Positions 8,756 through 17,390 of a stretch of DNA of 64,000 bases are shown here, piece by piece. The notes beneath the pieces were generated by a model, which ran no database searches, had not been told where the DNA came from, and saw nothing but the letters and a program-made list of their open reading frames with translations. This DNA comes from Bacilli bacterium (GTDB lineage Bacteria; Bacillota_I; Bacilli_A; RFN20; CAG-826). The stretch covers positions 3,558 to 67,557 of the forward strand of contig JAXFZD010000009.1 of the NCBI GenBank assembly GCA_034185265.1. The letters run 5' to 3'. The translations under genes and the position numbers were made by a program. Numbering within the stretch: position 1 is the first letter of the stretch; every line of letters starts with the position of its first letter.

Positions 8756-9712
8756 ATGAATGAAGATGAGAATTTAACTGGTAAAGTAGATGAACCAGTA
8801 GACGAAGCATCAAAGGAATCGGATTTAGGTTCTTTAATAAAACTAAGCGAAGAAGACATGAAAAAGATTATGTCTCCTATAATTGCCGCGATTAAATCTA
8901 TTAACGATACTGCGATAGAAGGCGATAAAATCATGTCTCCTATTATTGAATCTTCAAGAAAGATTAAAGACGCAATAGAAGCTATTAATTCTAGTGAAGG
9001 CATGAAAGCTTTAAGAGAAGCGATTAGGCCAATGTGCTATACAGGACTAAATTTAGATCCATATTGTAAGGCCTCTAAAATAACTAAAAAGACTCTAGCT
9101 CAAATAATGGATGTCAGTTATGAAACGCTTCGTAGATATGAAAACGCGATAAAAGTTCCTCAAATAGATTTTGTTATTAGATTATCTTTTATCTTAAACG
9201 CTCCACTAGATTCGCTTTTGAAAAGATCATCATCTTATGTCCTTCCTCAAAATGCAGGTGGATTTGAAATATATGGATATGATAAGGAAGACCGTTCTTA
9301 TAGAAAAACAGGGAGAATCGCGAGAATCGATGAGAACATCCCTAGCGATAAAGGTGCTTATAATGCGTTTGAATTAGCATCTGACTCTCCTTTACTAGGA
9401 GCGAAGAAAGGCGCGGTAGTTTTTCTAAAGAAATCTGATTGGTATCATGGAAAAGGTTTGTTCAATTCTGATAGACCTACATACGCTTTAATTGATAAGG
9501 AATATCAGAATAATAGGCTTGTCGCGATTGAGCCATGTTTTATAAAGATAGCTCCAGTAATTGATAGATCTGGCAATTTCCAAAACGAAAGTCATGGTAG
9601 TCGCTTCTTCAATTACATCAAACATATTGGAGGAGCGATATCCACTATTACTTATCGCGATTTAGAAGCCATGGTTTCATATATTGTAATTAAATCAGTT
9701 ACCGATTATTAA
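8756..9712 (+). CDS. XRE-HTH repressor-like protein with an extended N-terminus and a C-terminal CI/S24-like region
   Basis: HTH segment ITKKTLAQIMDVSYETLRRYENAIKVPQIDFVIRLSFIL. GGAG RBS. The N-terminus contains an internal ~20-aa duplication (KIMSPIIAAIKSINDTAIEG / KIMSPIIESSRKIKDAIEAI). Confidence 0.55.
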   Translation: MNEDENLTGKVDEPVDEASKESDLGSLIKLSEEDMKKIMSPIIAAIKSINDTAIEGDKIMSPIIESSRKIKDAIEAINSSEGMKALREAIRPMCYTGLNLDPYCKASKITKKTLAQIMDVSYETLRRYENAIKVPQIDFVIRLSFILNAPLDSLLKRSSSYVLPQNAGGFEIYGYDKEDRSYRKTGRIARIDENIPSDKGAYNAFELASDSPLLGAKKGAVVFLKKSDWYHGKGLFNSDRPTYALIDKEYQNNRLVAIEPCFIKIAPVIDRSGNFQNESHGSRFFNYIKHIGGAISTITYRDLEAMVSYIVIKSVTDY

Positions 9713-9845
9713 AAAAGAAAGACTTAGTCTTTAAAAAACGTCCACACTAGATAATTGCGAAAATCTATCCATGATGATAGTCTAGATTCGCAAGTAAGAT
9801 AACACTAAAGAATAACATCTCCTTGGAAACAGGGAGATTTTATTT

Positions 9846-10049
9846 GTGACAAAAGATACCAGCTACGAATTTGAAGTAGCGATATTAGATAAGCTATTAA
9901 AAGAAAAGAAAATCAGCTACCAGGAATGGTACGTTCTTTTAATTGAACTTTGTCATAAATATAACCTCCCTTGTATTAATAATATCAATTATATTGATAT
10001 TAAGTCAGTATTGAGGCAATATACACATGATGGCAAAGGAAGTAATTAA
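9846..10049 (+). CDS. Small hypothetical protein (67 aa) overlapping the start of the first serine recombinase
   Basis: GTG start with GGGAG upstream; 23-nt overlap with the next gene. No recognisable motif. Confidence 0.3.
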   Translation: MTKDTSYEFEVAILDKLLKEKKISYQEWYVLLIELCHKYNLPCINNINYIDIKSVLRQYTHDGKGSN

Positions 10050-11727
10050 AGTAGCGAGTCCCGCTCAATATATCGCCTCTACTGGTTTAGAAAATAAAAT
10101 GAAACGTGTAGCGGCATACGCACGAGTGTCTACTGATAGCGAGGATCAGATTCACTCTTTTAAAGCACAAATTGATGAATACACCTCTAAAATAACCAGT
10201 AATCCTAACTGGGAATTTGTTGGCATGTATTCTGATGAAGGTATCTCAGGTACTTCTTTAAAGAAAAGAGACGGACTTAATGCCTTATTAAAAGAAGTTA
10301 AGAAAGGTAATGTTGACCTAATTTTAGTGAAGTCTATTTCTAGATTAGGAAGAAATACGTTAGATATCCTCACCATTGTTAGAGAGCTTAGAGAAATTGG
10401 CGTGGAGATTAAATTTGAAAAGGAAAACCTTTCATCTTTAGATACCAGGACCGATATGGTCTTAACATTCCACTCCTCCATTGCTCAAGAAGAAGCAAAA
10501 AACATCTCCGATAACGTTAAATGGGGAATTAGAAAAAGGATGAGAGATGGTAACTGGAAAGTACCAACTGAGAAGTTCCTTGGTTATACCAAAGATGAAA
10601 ATGGGAACATGATAATTGATGAAACTCAAGCTGATATCGTTAGAGCCATCTTTAATCTTTATCTCGCTAATAAGTCAATAAAAGAAATAATCGCTTATTT
10701 AGAAGGTAACCACTACTTAACTGGTTCAGGTAAAGAAAAATGGAGCCGCCAAAACATCATGCAGATTCTCCAAAATGAGAAATACAAAGGTGACTTAATT
10801 CTTCAAAAGACTGTTGTTATTGATTATTTATCTCATGAGTCTAGAAGTAATAAAGATGGAAAATACGCGGACATGTGGTTAGTTAAAAACCACCACCCTG
10901 CCATTATTTCTAGAGAGGCCTTTGATTTAGTGCAAACCATCATTGAGTATAAAAAGAACGATAGATTCCTTAGACCTAATATAGGTGGCCCATTATCCAC
11001 CAAGCTTTATTGTGGCCTATGTGGGAGACCACTATTTTATCAATCAAGGTGTGATGGAAAGAACATGTTCAGTTGCAATGTGTCTAGAAGAAATCTCCAA
11101 AGGAACAAATGCGAACTATCGCCAATTCAAGAAGAAGATATAAATGCCATCTGCATCCAAGCGATGAAAGCATATTATTCTGATAATTCTCTTACCGCTA
11201 ATCTTTTAGATTGCTTAACTTCTCTTGGTGAGGCTTCTCACAAGCAAGAGGAACTTAACAGGGTTAAAGAAGAGATAACCACTACTGAAAATAGGCTCAA
11301 AGACATTATTGAGGAAAAGATGGAAACCGATTCTGAAGAAGACGATGAAAGATTATCTAACGAATATAAAGAAGCCAAGAAGCATTTAAATGATTTAAAG
11401 GCTAAATTAGACACTTTATCTGGTGAAACATATCAATCCTTTATCTCCGAAGCTAGAAACAAGGAAATCGCCTCTTTAATAACAAATATGGATAACGATG
11501 AATGCTACTTAAAACTTATCGATGAAGTAATCGTTAATGAAGATAACTCTATCATCATAATCGATAATGCTGGTCACCACGTTTCTAAAGAAAACATCAG
11601 CAAAAACATCAAAAAGATAAACGGCTTAGAAGAAGTCATGTATGGTTACTACACTTCTCCTATAACCACTAAAGTTTTTAAATACAAAATTGTAAGATTG
11701 GAGGATTACCCATGGCTCAAGAAATAA
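10027..11727 (+). CDS. Large serine recombinase (resolvase/invertase N-domain + recombinase domain + zinc ribbon + coiled coil)
   Basis: RVAAYARVSTDSEDQ..S (catalytic Ser region), LILVKSISRLGRN, zinc ribbon CGLCGRP..C..C, C-terminal coiled coil. Confidence 0.9.
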   Translation: MMAKEVIKVASPAQYIASTGLENKMKRVAAYARVSTDSEDQIHSFKAQIDEYTSKITSNPNWEFVGMYSDEGISGTSLKKRDGLNALLKEVKKGNVDLILVKSISRLGRNTLDILTIVRELREIGVEIKFEKENLSSLDTRTDMVLTFHSSIAQEEAKNISDNVKWGIRKRMRDGNWKVPTEKFLGYTKDENGNMIIDETQADIVRAIFNLYLANKSIKEIIAYLEGNHYLTGSGKEKWSRQNIMQILQNEKYKGDLILQKTVVIDYLSHESRSNKDGKYADMWLVKNHHPAIISREAFDLVQTIIEYKKNDRFLRPNIGGPLSTKLYCGLCGRPLFYQSRCDGKNMFSCNVSRRNLQRNKCELSPIQEEDINAICIQAMKAYYSDNSLTANLLDCLTSLGEASHKQEELNRVKEEITTTENRLKDIIEEKMETDSEEDDERLSNEYKEAKKHLNDLKAKLDTLSGETYQSFISEARNKEIASLITNMDNDECYLKLIDEVIVNEDNSIIIIDNAGHHVSKENISKNIKKINGLEEVMYGYYTSPITTKVFKYKIVRLEDYPWLKK

Positions 11728-13364
11728 TTCAAATTAATAAAGCTACCCCGGTTGGTAAAAGAAGAGTATGTGCTTATACACGCGTTTCTTCTAAAAGCGA
11801 AGACCAGGAGAATTCTCTCACTTATCAAATTGAAGCTTACACCAAGATGATCATGACAAATCCTAGCTATGAGTTCTGCGGTGTTTTCGTTGATGATGGA
11901 GTAACTGGTACTTCTATTTATAAAAGAAAAGAGTTCCAAAAGATGATAGATAAAGCCCTAAGTGGTCAAATTGATTTAATCATCACTAAATCCTTATCTA
12001 GATTCTCTAGAAATACTGAAGATGCGATTAATATCTTAAGAGTTCTTAGGAATAACAATGTGGAAGTCTATTTTGAAACAGAGAATGTTTCTTCCTTTAA
12101 TATGGATAGCGAATTAGTCATTAACGTATTAAGTGCTCATGCCGCTAATGAATCGAAAGTCATCAGTGATAATGTTAGGATGAGCTACGCTAAAAACTTT
12201 AAAGATAAAAAGGCCTACTTCAATCCTGAACAGCTATATGGTTATCATCGCGGTAATGATGGAAGCATTGTTATCGATGAAAAAGAAGCTGAGGCAGTTA
12301 GACTAATCTATGACCTTTATTTAAAGGATTACACTAGACAGGCAATTATTGATGAGCTAGATAGGAGAGGACTAAAACCTAGATTCACTAAGAAATGGAC
12401 ATTCCAGGCATTTAGAAAAATACTTCATAACGAGAAACACATGGGTGCCGCTTATCTTCAAAAAACATTTGTTAAAGGAGTAAGAGGAAAACGACTTAAA
12501 AACGATGGAACGCTACCTACTATTCTAATTGAGAACAATCATCCCGCGATAGTCAGTAAAGAAGTATGGATGGCTGCTAATGAAAAGCTCAAACAAAAAG
12601 CAATTAAATATCAAAGTCAGGTTCAATATGATGAAAAGCGAGAGGGTAAAATCTGTTTTAATAAGAGCATTTATTCTGGTCTATTTATGTGTGGAAAGTG
12701 TGGTAAAAACTATAATTTCAAAATAAACAATAGAGGCAAGGCATCAGAGTCAAGAATCTTCCACTGTGCATCAAATCGAGAAAGAAAGATTTGTGAGAAT
12801 GATGATCTTCCTTTAGATGTTATCGATATCATTACTCTTAAGGTTGTAAACAAGATTATCACCAATAAAAAGAACTTCTTTGACTTGCTAGAGGAATCAT
12901 TCAATTCTAAAAATGATGTAGAGAAAAAGAAGAAAGAAATACAGGAATTGCAAGAAAAAATAGATGTTTTACAGGCAAAATTCAAAAAGTACAAAGATAT
13001 CGATGATGAGTTTTATCGCGAGGTCAATAAGGCTTATAAGGAGAAGCTTAAACCTCTATGCATGAAGAAAGTAGCCCTTGAGAATTCAATAAACACCGCT
13101 ACTAGCGTTAACGATTATCTCTATCAATTTAAAAAAGTCCTATCACCATACGATAGAACCATTTCTTCTTTAATCGACTTTCCGCTTAATAAAGTATTTA
13201 GTAGGGTAATCATACACGATAGAGATCATATCACTTTTGTTCTTGGGGAAGCTGGTGATATTTCCACCATCACTTCTATGGATGATGACATCCTAATTCA
13301 AACAGAACCATACCTAATTAGAAAAACAAAACATCTGCTTAAATACGGAATCTATATCAACTAG
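11712..13364 (+). CDS. Large serine recombinase, second copy, translationally coupled to the first
   Basis: RRVCAYTRVSSKSEDQ, LIITKSLSRFSRN, zinc ribbon CGKCGKN..C..C, coiled coil. GGAGG RBS and 16-nt overlap with the upstream gene. Confidence 0.9.
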   Translation: MAQEIIQINKATPVGKRRVCAYTRVSSKSEDQENSLTYQIEAYTKMIMTNPSYEFCGVFVDDGVTGTSIYKRKEFQKMIDKALSGQIDLIITKSLSRFSRNTEDAINILRVLRNNNVEVYFETENVSSFNMDSELVINVLSAHAANESKVISDNVRMSYAKNFKDKKAYFNPEQLYGYHRGNDGSIVIDEKEAEAVRLIYDLYLKDYTRQAIIDELDRRGLKPRFTKKWTFQAFRKILHNEKHMGAAYLQKTFVKGVRGKRLKNDGTLPTILIENNHPAIVSKEVWMAANEKLKQKAIKYQSQVQYDEKREGKICFNKSIYSGLFMCGKCGKNYNFKINNRGKASESRIFHCASNRERKICENDDLPLDVIDIITLKVVNKIITNKKNFFDLLEESFNSKNDVEKKKKEIQELQEKIDVLQAKFKKYKDIDDEFYREVNKAYKEKLKPLCMKKVALENSINTATSVNDYLYQFKKVLSPYDRTISSLIDFPLNKVFSRVIIHDRDHITFVLGEAGDISTITSMDDDILIQTEPYLIRKTKHLLKYGIYIN

Positions 13365-13390
13365 GGGATAAACAATATCCTCTTTTTTTA
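13363..13390 (+). terminator. Rho-independent terminator after the recombinase pair
   Basis: AGGGGATA-aacaa-TATCCTCT followed by TTTTTTT. Confidence 0.6.
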
Positions 13391-13400
13391 TGAGAGCAAA

Positions 13401-13500
13401 TTCGTGTACGGACAATTGGACTTTAAAACATATTAGGGTGCCGACAATTGGAGACATCATCGATGAAATATCCCCAAGGATTTTGTCCAAGGGGATTTTT
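13401..13500 (+). repeat. Cassette-boundary repeat copy R1
   Basis: Box a GGACAATTGGA (13410-13420), box b CGACAATTGGAGACAT (13442-13457), 32 bp apart. Followed by hairpin TCCCCAAGG..CCAAGGGGA and a T-run (13471-13500). Confidence 0.9.
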
Positions 13501-14764
13501 AAATGCCAATCATATAAATTGGACAATACCAGTTGTCTGCATTTATTGGAAACAAATCTTCTCGAGAATCAATCACTATTCCTTTTGAAACTGGCTTTCC
13601 ATATTTTTTTAAGAAATTAAAGTTAAAATTATTGCTTACTGGATTGATGCCTTTTTTAATTTCGATCGGAGATATATGGTCCACATAATCAATGATTAAA
13701 TCAGCTTCTTTTTTATCCTTATCGCGATAATAATAGAAATTTCTTCTATAATCCACACCAGCATTTATGTAGCTTTTAATAATTTCACTAACAGCATATG
13801 TTTCGTAAAAAGCACCATTCATTACACCGTTTTCAAGCATTTCGACATTTGGCCATTTACATAAATATGCACACAAGCCAGTATCCATGAAGTAAAACTT
13901 AGGGGCTTTGGTTATTCTATCAGACATATTTTTTGCATATGGTTCTAACAAAATAGCAATTCCCGAAGTAACTAAAATAGAAATCCAGTTTTTAACAGTT
14001 CTCACATCAATACCTATATTTCTCGAAATATCATCATAATTGATTTGTTGGGCGGTTCTTAAAGCCATATAATCTAAAAATCTTAAGAAGTCACCTTCTT
14101 TATCTACATTAATTATCTTTTTGACATCTTTTTCGATATATGTGGCAATATAAGAACTAAAGAAAGTATCTCTGTTTAAATCTTTAGCAATATATTCAGG
14201 CATTCCACCTTTAAATATTCTTTCAAAGATTTCCTTGCGATTGCGATAAAGATTTTTGTCTTTGACTTTGGCGTATTTTTCTTTCAAACAATCTAAATCA
14301 GGGTTAAAAATGTTTCCGTCTATTTCTTCTTCTAACTCATTATTTGCTAGCGATGCCATATTCAATATTGCAGTACGACCTGCCAGTGATTCAGATACCA
14401 TGTTTTGTAATTCAAACTGATTGGAACCAGTTAAAACATACATGAGTGGAACTGGCACATTGTTTTGCAAACATTTATTCTTTTCGCTATCCACCACTAC
14501 TTTGATTGCATCTAAAAGAGGTGAGGCTTTTTGTATTTCGTCGATAATAATTGGCCAAGGATGTGCTTCTAAAAAGAGCTTTGGGTTTTTATTTGCCAGC
14601 GTTCTATTTTCCAAATCATCCAAAGAAACAATGCCCATTTCTTTTCCGAAAACTTTACCAGCAGTTGTTGTCTTTCCGACCTGTCTAGCACCATAAATAG
14701 TGATGACAGCATATTCGTTTTTTATCTCATTGAGTTTTCTTTCAATTGTTCTAATATATTCCAT
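13499..14764 (-). CDS. AAA ATPase with C-terminal DUF4143-like domain
   Basis: Walker A GARQVGKTT, Walker B PIIIDEIQ, C-terminal ..FYYYRDKDKKEADLII.. pattern typical of DUF4143 proteins. ATG at 14764 (GAGG upstream) preferred over the TTG at 14773. Confidence 0.75.
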   Translation of the reverse strand: MEYIRTIERKLNEIKNEYAVITIYGARQVGKTTTAGKVFGKEMGIVSLDDLENRTLANKNPKLFLEAHPWPIIIDEIQKASPLLDAIKVVVDSEKNKCLQNNVPVPLMYVLTGSNQFELQNMVSESLAGRTAILNMASLANNELEEEIDGNIFNPDLDCLKEKYAKVKDKNLYRNRKEIFERIFKGGMPEYIAKDLNRDTFFSSYIATYIEKDVKKIINVDKEGDFLRFLDYMALRTAQQINYDDISRNIGIDVRTVKNWISILVTSGIAILLEPYAKNMSDRITKAPKFYFMDTGLCAYLCKWPNVEMLENGVMNGAFYETYAVSEIIKSYINAGVDYRRNFYYYRDKDKKEADLIIDYVDHISPIEIKKGINPVSNNFNFNFLKKYGKPVSKGIVIDSREDLFPINADNWYCPIYMIGI

Positions 14765-14840
14765 ATGATTCAACCTCGATCATATAATACAACATATTTT
14801 CGACCAAAACAACAGTGCAATGCTATTTTAGTCGAAGTAG

Positions 14841-14960
14841 TATGTTTATCGACAATTGGATTTTGAAATGTATTCATTCATCGACAATTGGAGACATCGA
14901 TTTGAAACTTCCCCCAAAATTTCGCCCAAATCAGGGTAAAATGGAAGGGGGGTTTTATTT
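14841..14960 (+). repeat. Cassette-boundary repeat copy R2
   Basis: Box a CGACAATTGGA (14850-14860), box b CGACAATTGGAGACAT (14882-14897), 32 bp apart. Followed by a C5..G6 hairpin and TTTTATTT (14909-14960). Confidence 0.9.
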
Positions 14961-15046
14961 ATGCCAAACAATACTCTTAAATACACCCGAGCGGAAATTG
15001 TCAAGACACGTACAAATTGTATATGTCTTTTTTATCTTATATACGT

Positions 15047-15338
15047 AAATGTCGTTAAATAACACCCCAGTATGAAAAATCCCATCTATGATAGACGGCA
15101 GGTTCATTTCCCAAGGACAGCAAAAGACAGCTTTTAGGCTAATTTAGATATTTCTTTTGAATATGGAAGCAAGTCATCAATCGACTTATTTTTTATATTC
15201 TCTAAAACATATTTGATGTATCGATATGGATCTAACCCATTTGTAATCGCAGTTCTTATAATTGATAATAGTTTAACTGTGTAAATAGCCCCAGCCTCAC
15301 TTCCAGAAGTTTGAAATACTTTCCTATTGATGCGATAA
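15047..15338 (-). pseudogene. IS66-family transposase C-terminal remnant plus probable terminal inverted repeat
   Basis: Minus-strand frame 15338-15134 reads NRKVFQTSGSEAGAIYTVKLLSIIRTAITNGLDPYRYIKYVLENIKNKSIDDLLPYSKEISKLA*, the conserved IS66 Tnp C-terminus. GTAAATGTCGTTAAATAACACCCC at 15047 resembles the GTAAGCG-type IS66 end. There is no upstream coding sequence. Confidence 0.65.
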
Positions 15339-15359
15339 TTTTAAAAGAGGTATTTTGGT

Positions 15360-17177
15360 ATGAAAATAGAAGATATTAAGAAATATCAATTAGATGGATA
15401 TTTTACTTTAAACGAAGATGGAGAGGAACTTGAAGATTTTACAAAAATCAAGCTTATCGAATTTTGCGCACAAGATATCCAAACTATTATTCGTTATCGT
15501 TATGGCATGCCAGAATTATTAGCAAGGATCAAAAAAGATGATGATGAACTTCTGATGGCTAAATATAGTGAAAAATATCACATCACTCCAGAAGACTTCT
15601 TGGTTAGATTTGAATTTGAAAACAACAATGAAAATGGCTTTGATTACGACGACATCTATAGTTGGAGTTACTCAGTGAACATTAAAGGAGTTACATCTCC
15701 TAATCTTGATGATAAATCACTAGAAGATTATAAAGATGTAACTGATTATCTTTTTGAAAATGACGATCATTTGCTAAAACATTGTATTAGAAAAATTAGA
15801 ATCATGAATTCTGATAAACCACAAAAAGAGTGGGAAGAATTGAATTCATTTTTAAAAGATATTATTGAACAAAATAAATTGCCAAGAAATCAAAGAACAT
15901 ATAAAGATTCCACCTTATCTCAAATACTTTATGAAATGTCTGCTGCATCATCATTTAATATTAAAACAAATGATGAATTTAATAGTTTTTATCACACAAA
16001 TGTTGAAAGGCTTGCTAAACAGGGAAATTACACTTGTATGAGACTTCTCGGATATAACTATTATGAAGGAGATGGCGGATTCCCTCTTGACCCAAAACAA
16101 TCTTTATATTGGTTAGAAAAGGCTTATCAAATTTCTCAAGACCCTGATTTGGCTAGAACCATCGGTTATATTTATTATTATGGAAGAACTACAGATGGAG
16201 TGCCTCAAGGAGATAAAGCATTTCAATATTTTGCGATTGGGCATTTCGCCGGTGGTTATTATGAAGCCACTTATAAATTAGCAGATTGTTATTTGAAAGG
16301 ATATGGTACTCCAGTTAACGAACAGGCTGCGTTCAATTTGGTAAGCAGCATATTCAAAGCAACTCAAGATAATTATTTATCTGGTGAAGATAGTAAATTT
16401 GCCGATGTTGCTTTAAGAATTGGTTCATATTTCAAAGATGGAGTTTATGTTGATAAGGATTTAATTATTGCTCAAGGTTGCTTACTTCAAGCAAGAGACG
16501 CAATTAAGACTCGTTTAGAGAATATGGAATATGTTGGTGATAGAAGCGTTGCTCTTTCTATATCGAAAGCTCTAAATGAAGTAGAAAAAGAATTACATAT
16601 AAAAGATAGAACTATTGTTAATAAAGGTTATGAATTGTTTGACTTAAATAATACATTTAAAGACTATGAAATCAGATTAAAAAAGTTACCAGATAATAGC
16701 ATTGAAGTAACCATTAAACCAAAAAAAGAAGACAGTAAATACATAATACCTATTTGGGAAAATCTTTCATACACCGAAAGGGCTGAAAGTATAAAATTGG
16801 TTCTAAAAAATAATTATATAAACGATAAAACTTTCAAAGATCATTATGATAAGAAGTGGCAAGCAATAGATTTCTATGGTAAGGAGATCTATTTATCAAG
16901 AAGTAAAGATGACTTTGTAATGTTGAGAGCAGAGCATATCATTTACATTCCACAAAAAATCAAAAAGTTAGGTAAAGATTATAAGATGGTCTCGGTCGAG
17001 TTTTATCCTGGTTCCAAACAATATGATTATTATTGTGAATTTGAAACCAAAGTAGGAGATATCGTTAAAGTTTATTCAAATGGTGAAAAGAAAGAGGCTC
17101 GAATCGTTTCAATTAAGATAGTTTATGAAGATCAGCTTCCATTACCAATGCAAAAGCTTTCGAAAGTATATAGATAG
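15360..17177 (+). CDS. Sel1-like repeat (SLR/TPR-like) protein with unknown N- and C-terminal domains
   Basis: 605 aa. Central repeats LAKQGNYTCMRLLGYNYYEGDGGFPLDPKQSLYWLEKA, ..YYEATYKLADCYLKGYGTPVNEQAAFNLV. AGAGG RBS. Confidence 0.6.
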   Translation: MKIEDIKKYQLDGYFTLNEDGEELEDFTKIKLIEFCAQDIQTIIRYRYGMPELLARIKKDDDELLMAKYSEKYHITPEDFLVRFEFENNNENGFDYDDIYSWSYSVNIKGVTSPNLDDKSLEDYKDVTDYLFENDDHLLKHCIRKIRIMNSDKPQKEWEELNSFLKDIIEQNKLPRNQRTYKDSTLSQILYEMSAASSFNIKTNDEFNSFYHTNVERLAKQGNYTCMRLLGYNYYEGDGGFPLDPKQSLYWLEKAYQISQDPDLARTIGYIYYYGRTTDGVPQGDKAFQYFAIGHFAGGYYEATYKLADCYLKGYGTPVNEQAAFNLVSSIFKATQDNYLSGEDSKFADVALRIGSYFKDGVYVDKDLIIAQGCLLQARDAIKTRLENMEYVGDRSVALSISKALNEVEKELHIKDRTIVNKGYELFDLNNTFKDYEIRLKKLPDNSIEVTIKPKKEDSKYIIPIWENLSYTERAESIKLVLKNNYINDKTFKDHYDKKWQAIDFYGKEIYLSRSKDDFVMLRAEHIIYIPQKIKKLGKDYKMVSVEFYPGSKQYDYYCEFETKVGDIVKVYSNGEKKEARIVSIKIVYEDQLPLPMQKLSKVYR

Positions 17178-17225
17178 GCGTCGTATCTGCTGTAGATAAT
17201 TCCTCTATTCTACTAACCAACTTGT

Positions 17226-17313
17226 GTGTGCCGACAATGGACTTTGAAACAGTTCGTGTGCGCGGACAATTAAAGACAAATCAAATCAAATAGTCCCAAG
17301 AAATTGGGATTTT
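17226..17313 (+). repeat. Cassette-boundary repeat copy R3 (most degenerate)
   Basis: Box a CGACAATGGA (17232-17241), box b GGACAATTAAAGACA (17264-17278), 32 bp apart. Followed by hairpin TCCCAA-gaaa-TTGGGA and TTTT (17294-17313). Confidence 0.8.
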
Positions 17314-17390
17314 ACTTGAAAAAAACAACGCTTATATTATAATATACTCGAAAGTTAGTAACTTTAAAGTATATAAAGGAGGTTTTGACA

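Larger units (their letters stand above)
3901..13390. mobile_element. Phage-satellite/PICI-like integrative element core; true ends possibly at ~2227-2254 and ~13391-13420
   Basis: Contiguous phage-type module: small terminase only (no large terminase or capsid genes), replisome organizer, excisionase-like HTH, BRO/KilAC antirepressor, tyrosine recombinase, divergent XRE pair and two large serine recombinases. Bounded by terminators at 3901-3924 and 13363-13390. Confidence 0.6.

Noticed and set aside
8653-9003. 116-aa minus-strand ORF overlapping the switch region and the 5' end of the CI-like gene
   Set aside because: It is the antisense shadow of the 8756-9712 ORF, has no RBS and has hydrophobic low-complexity composition.
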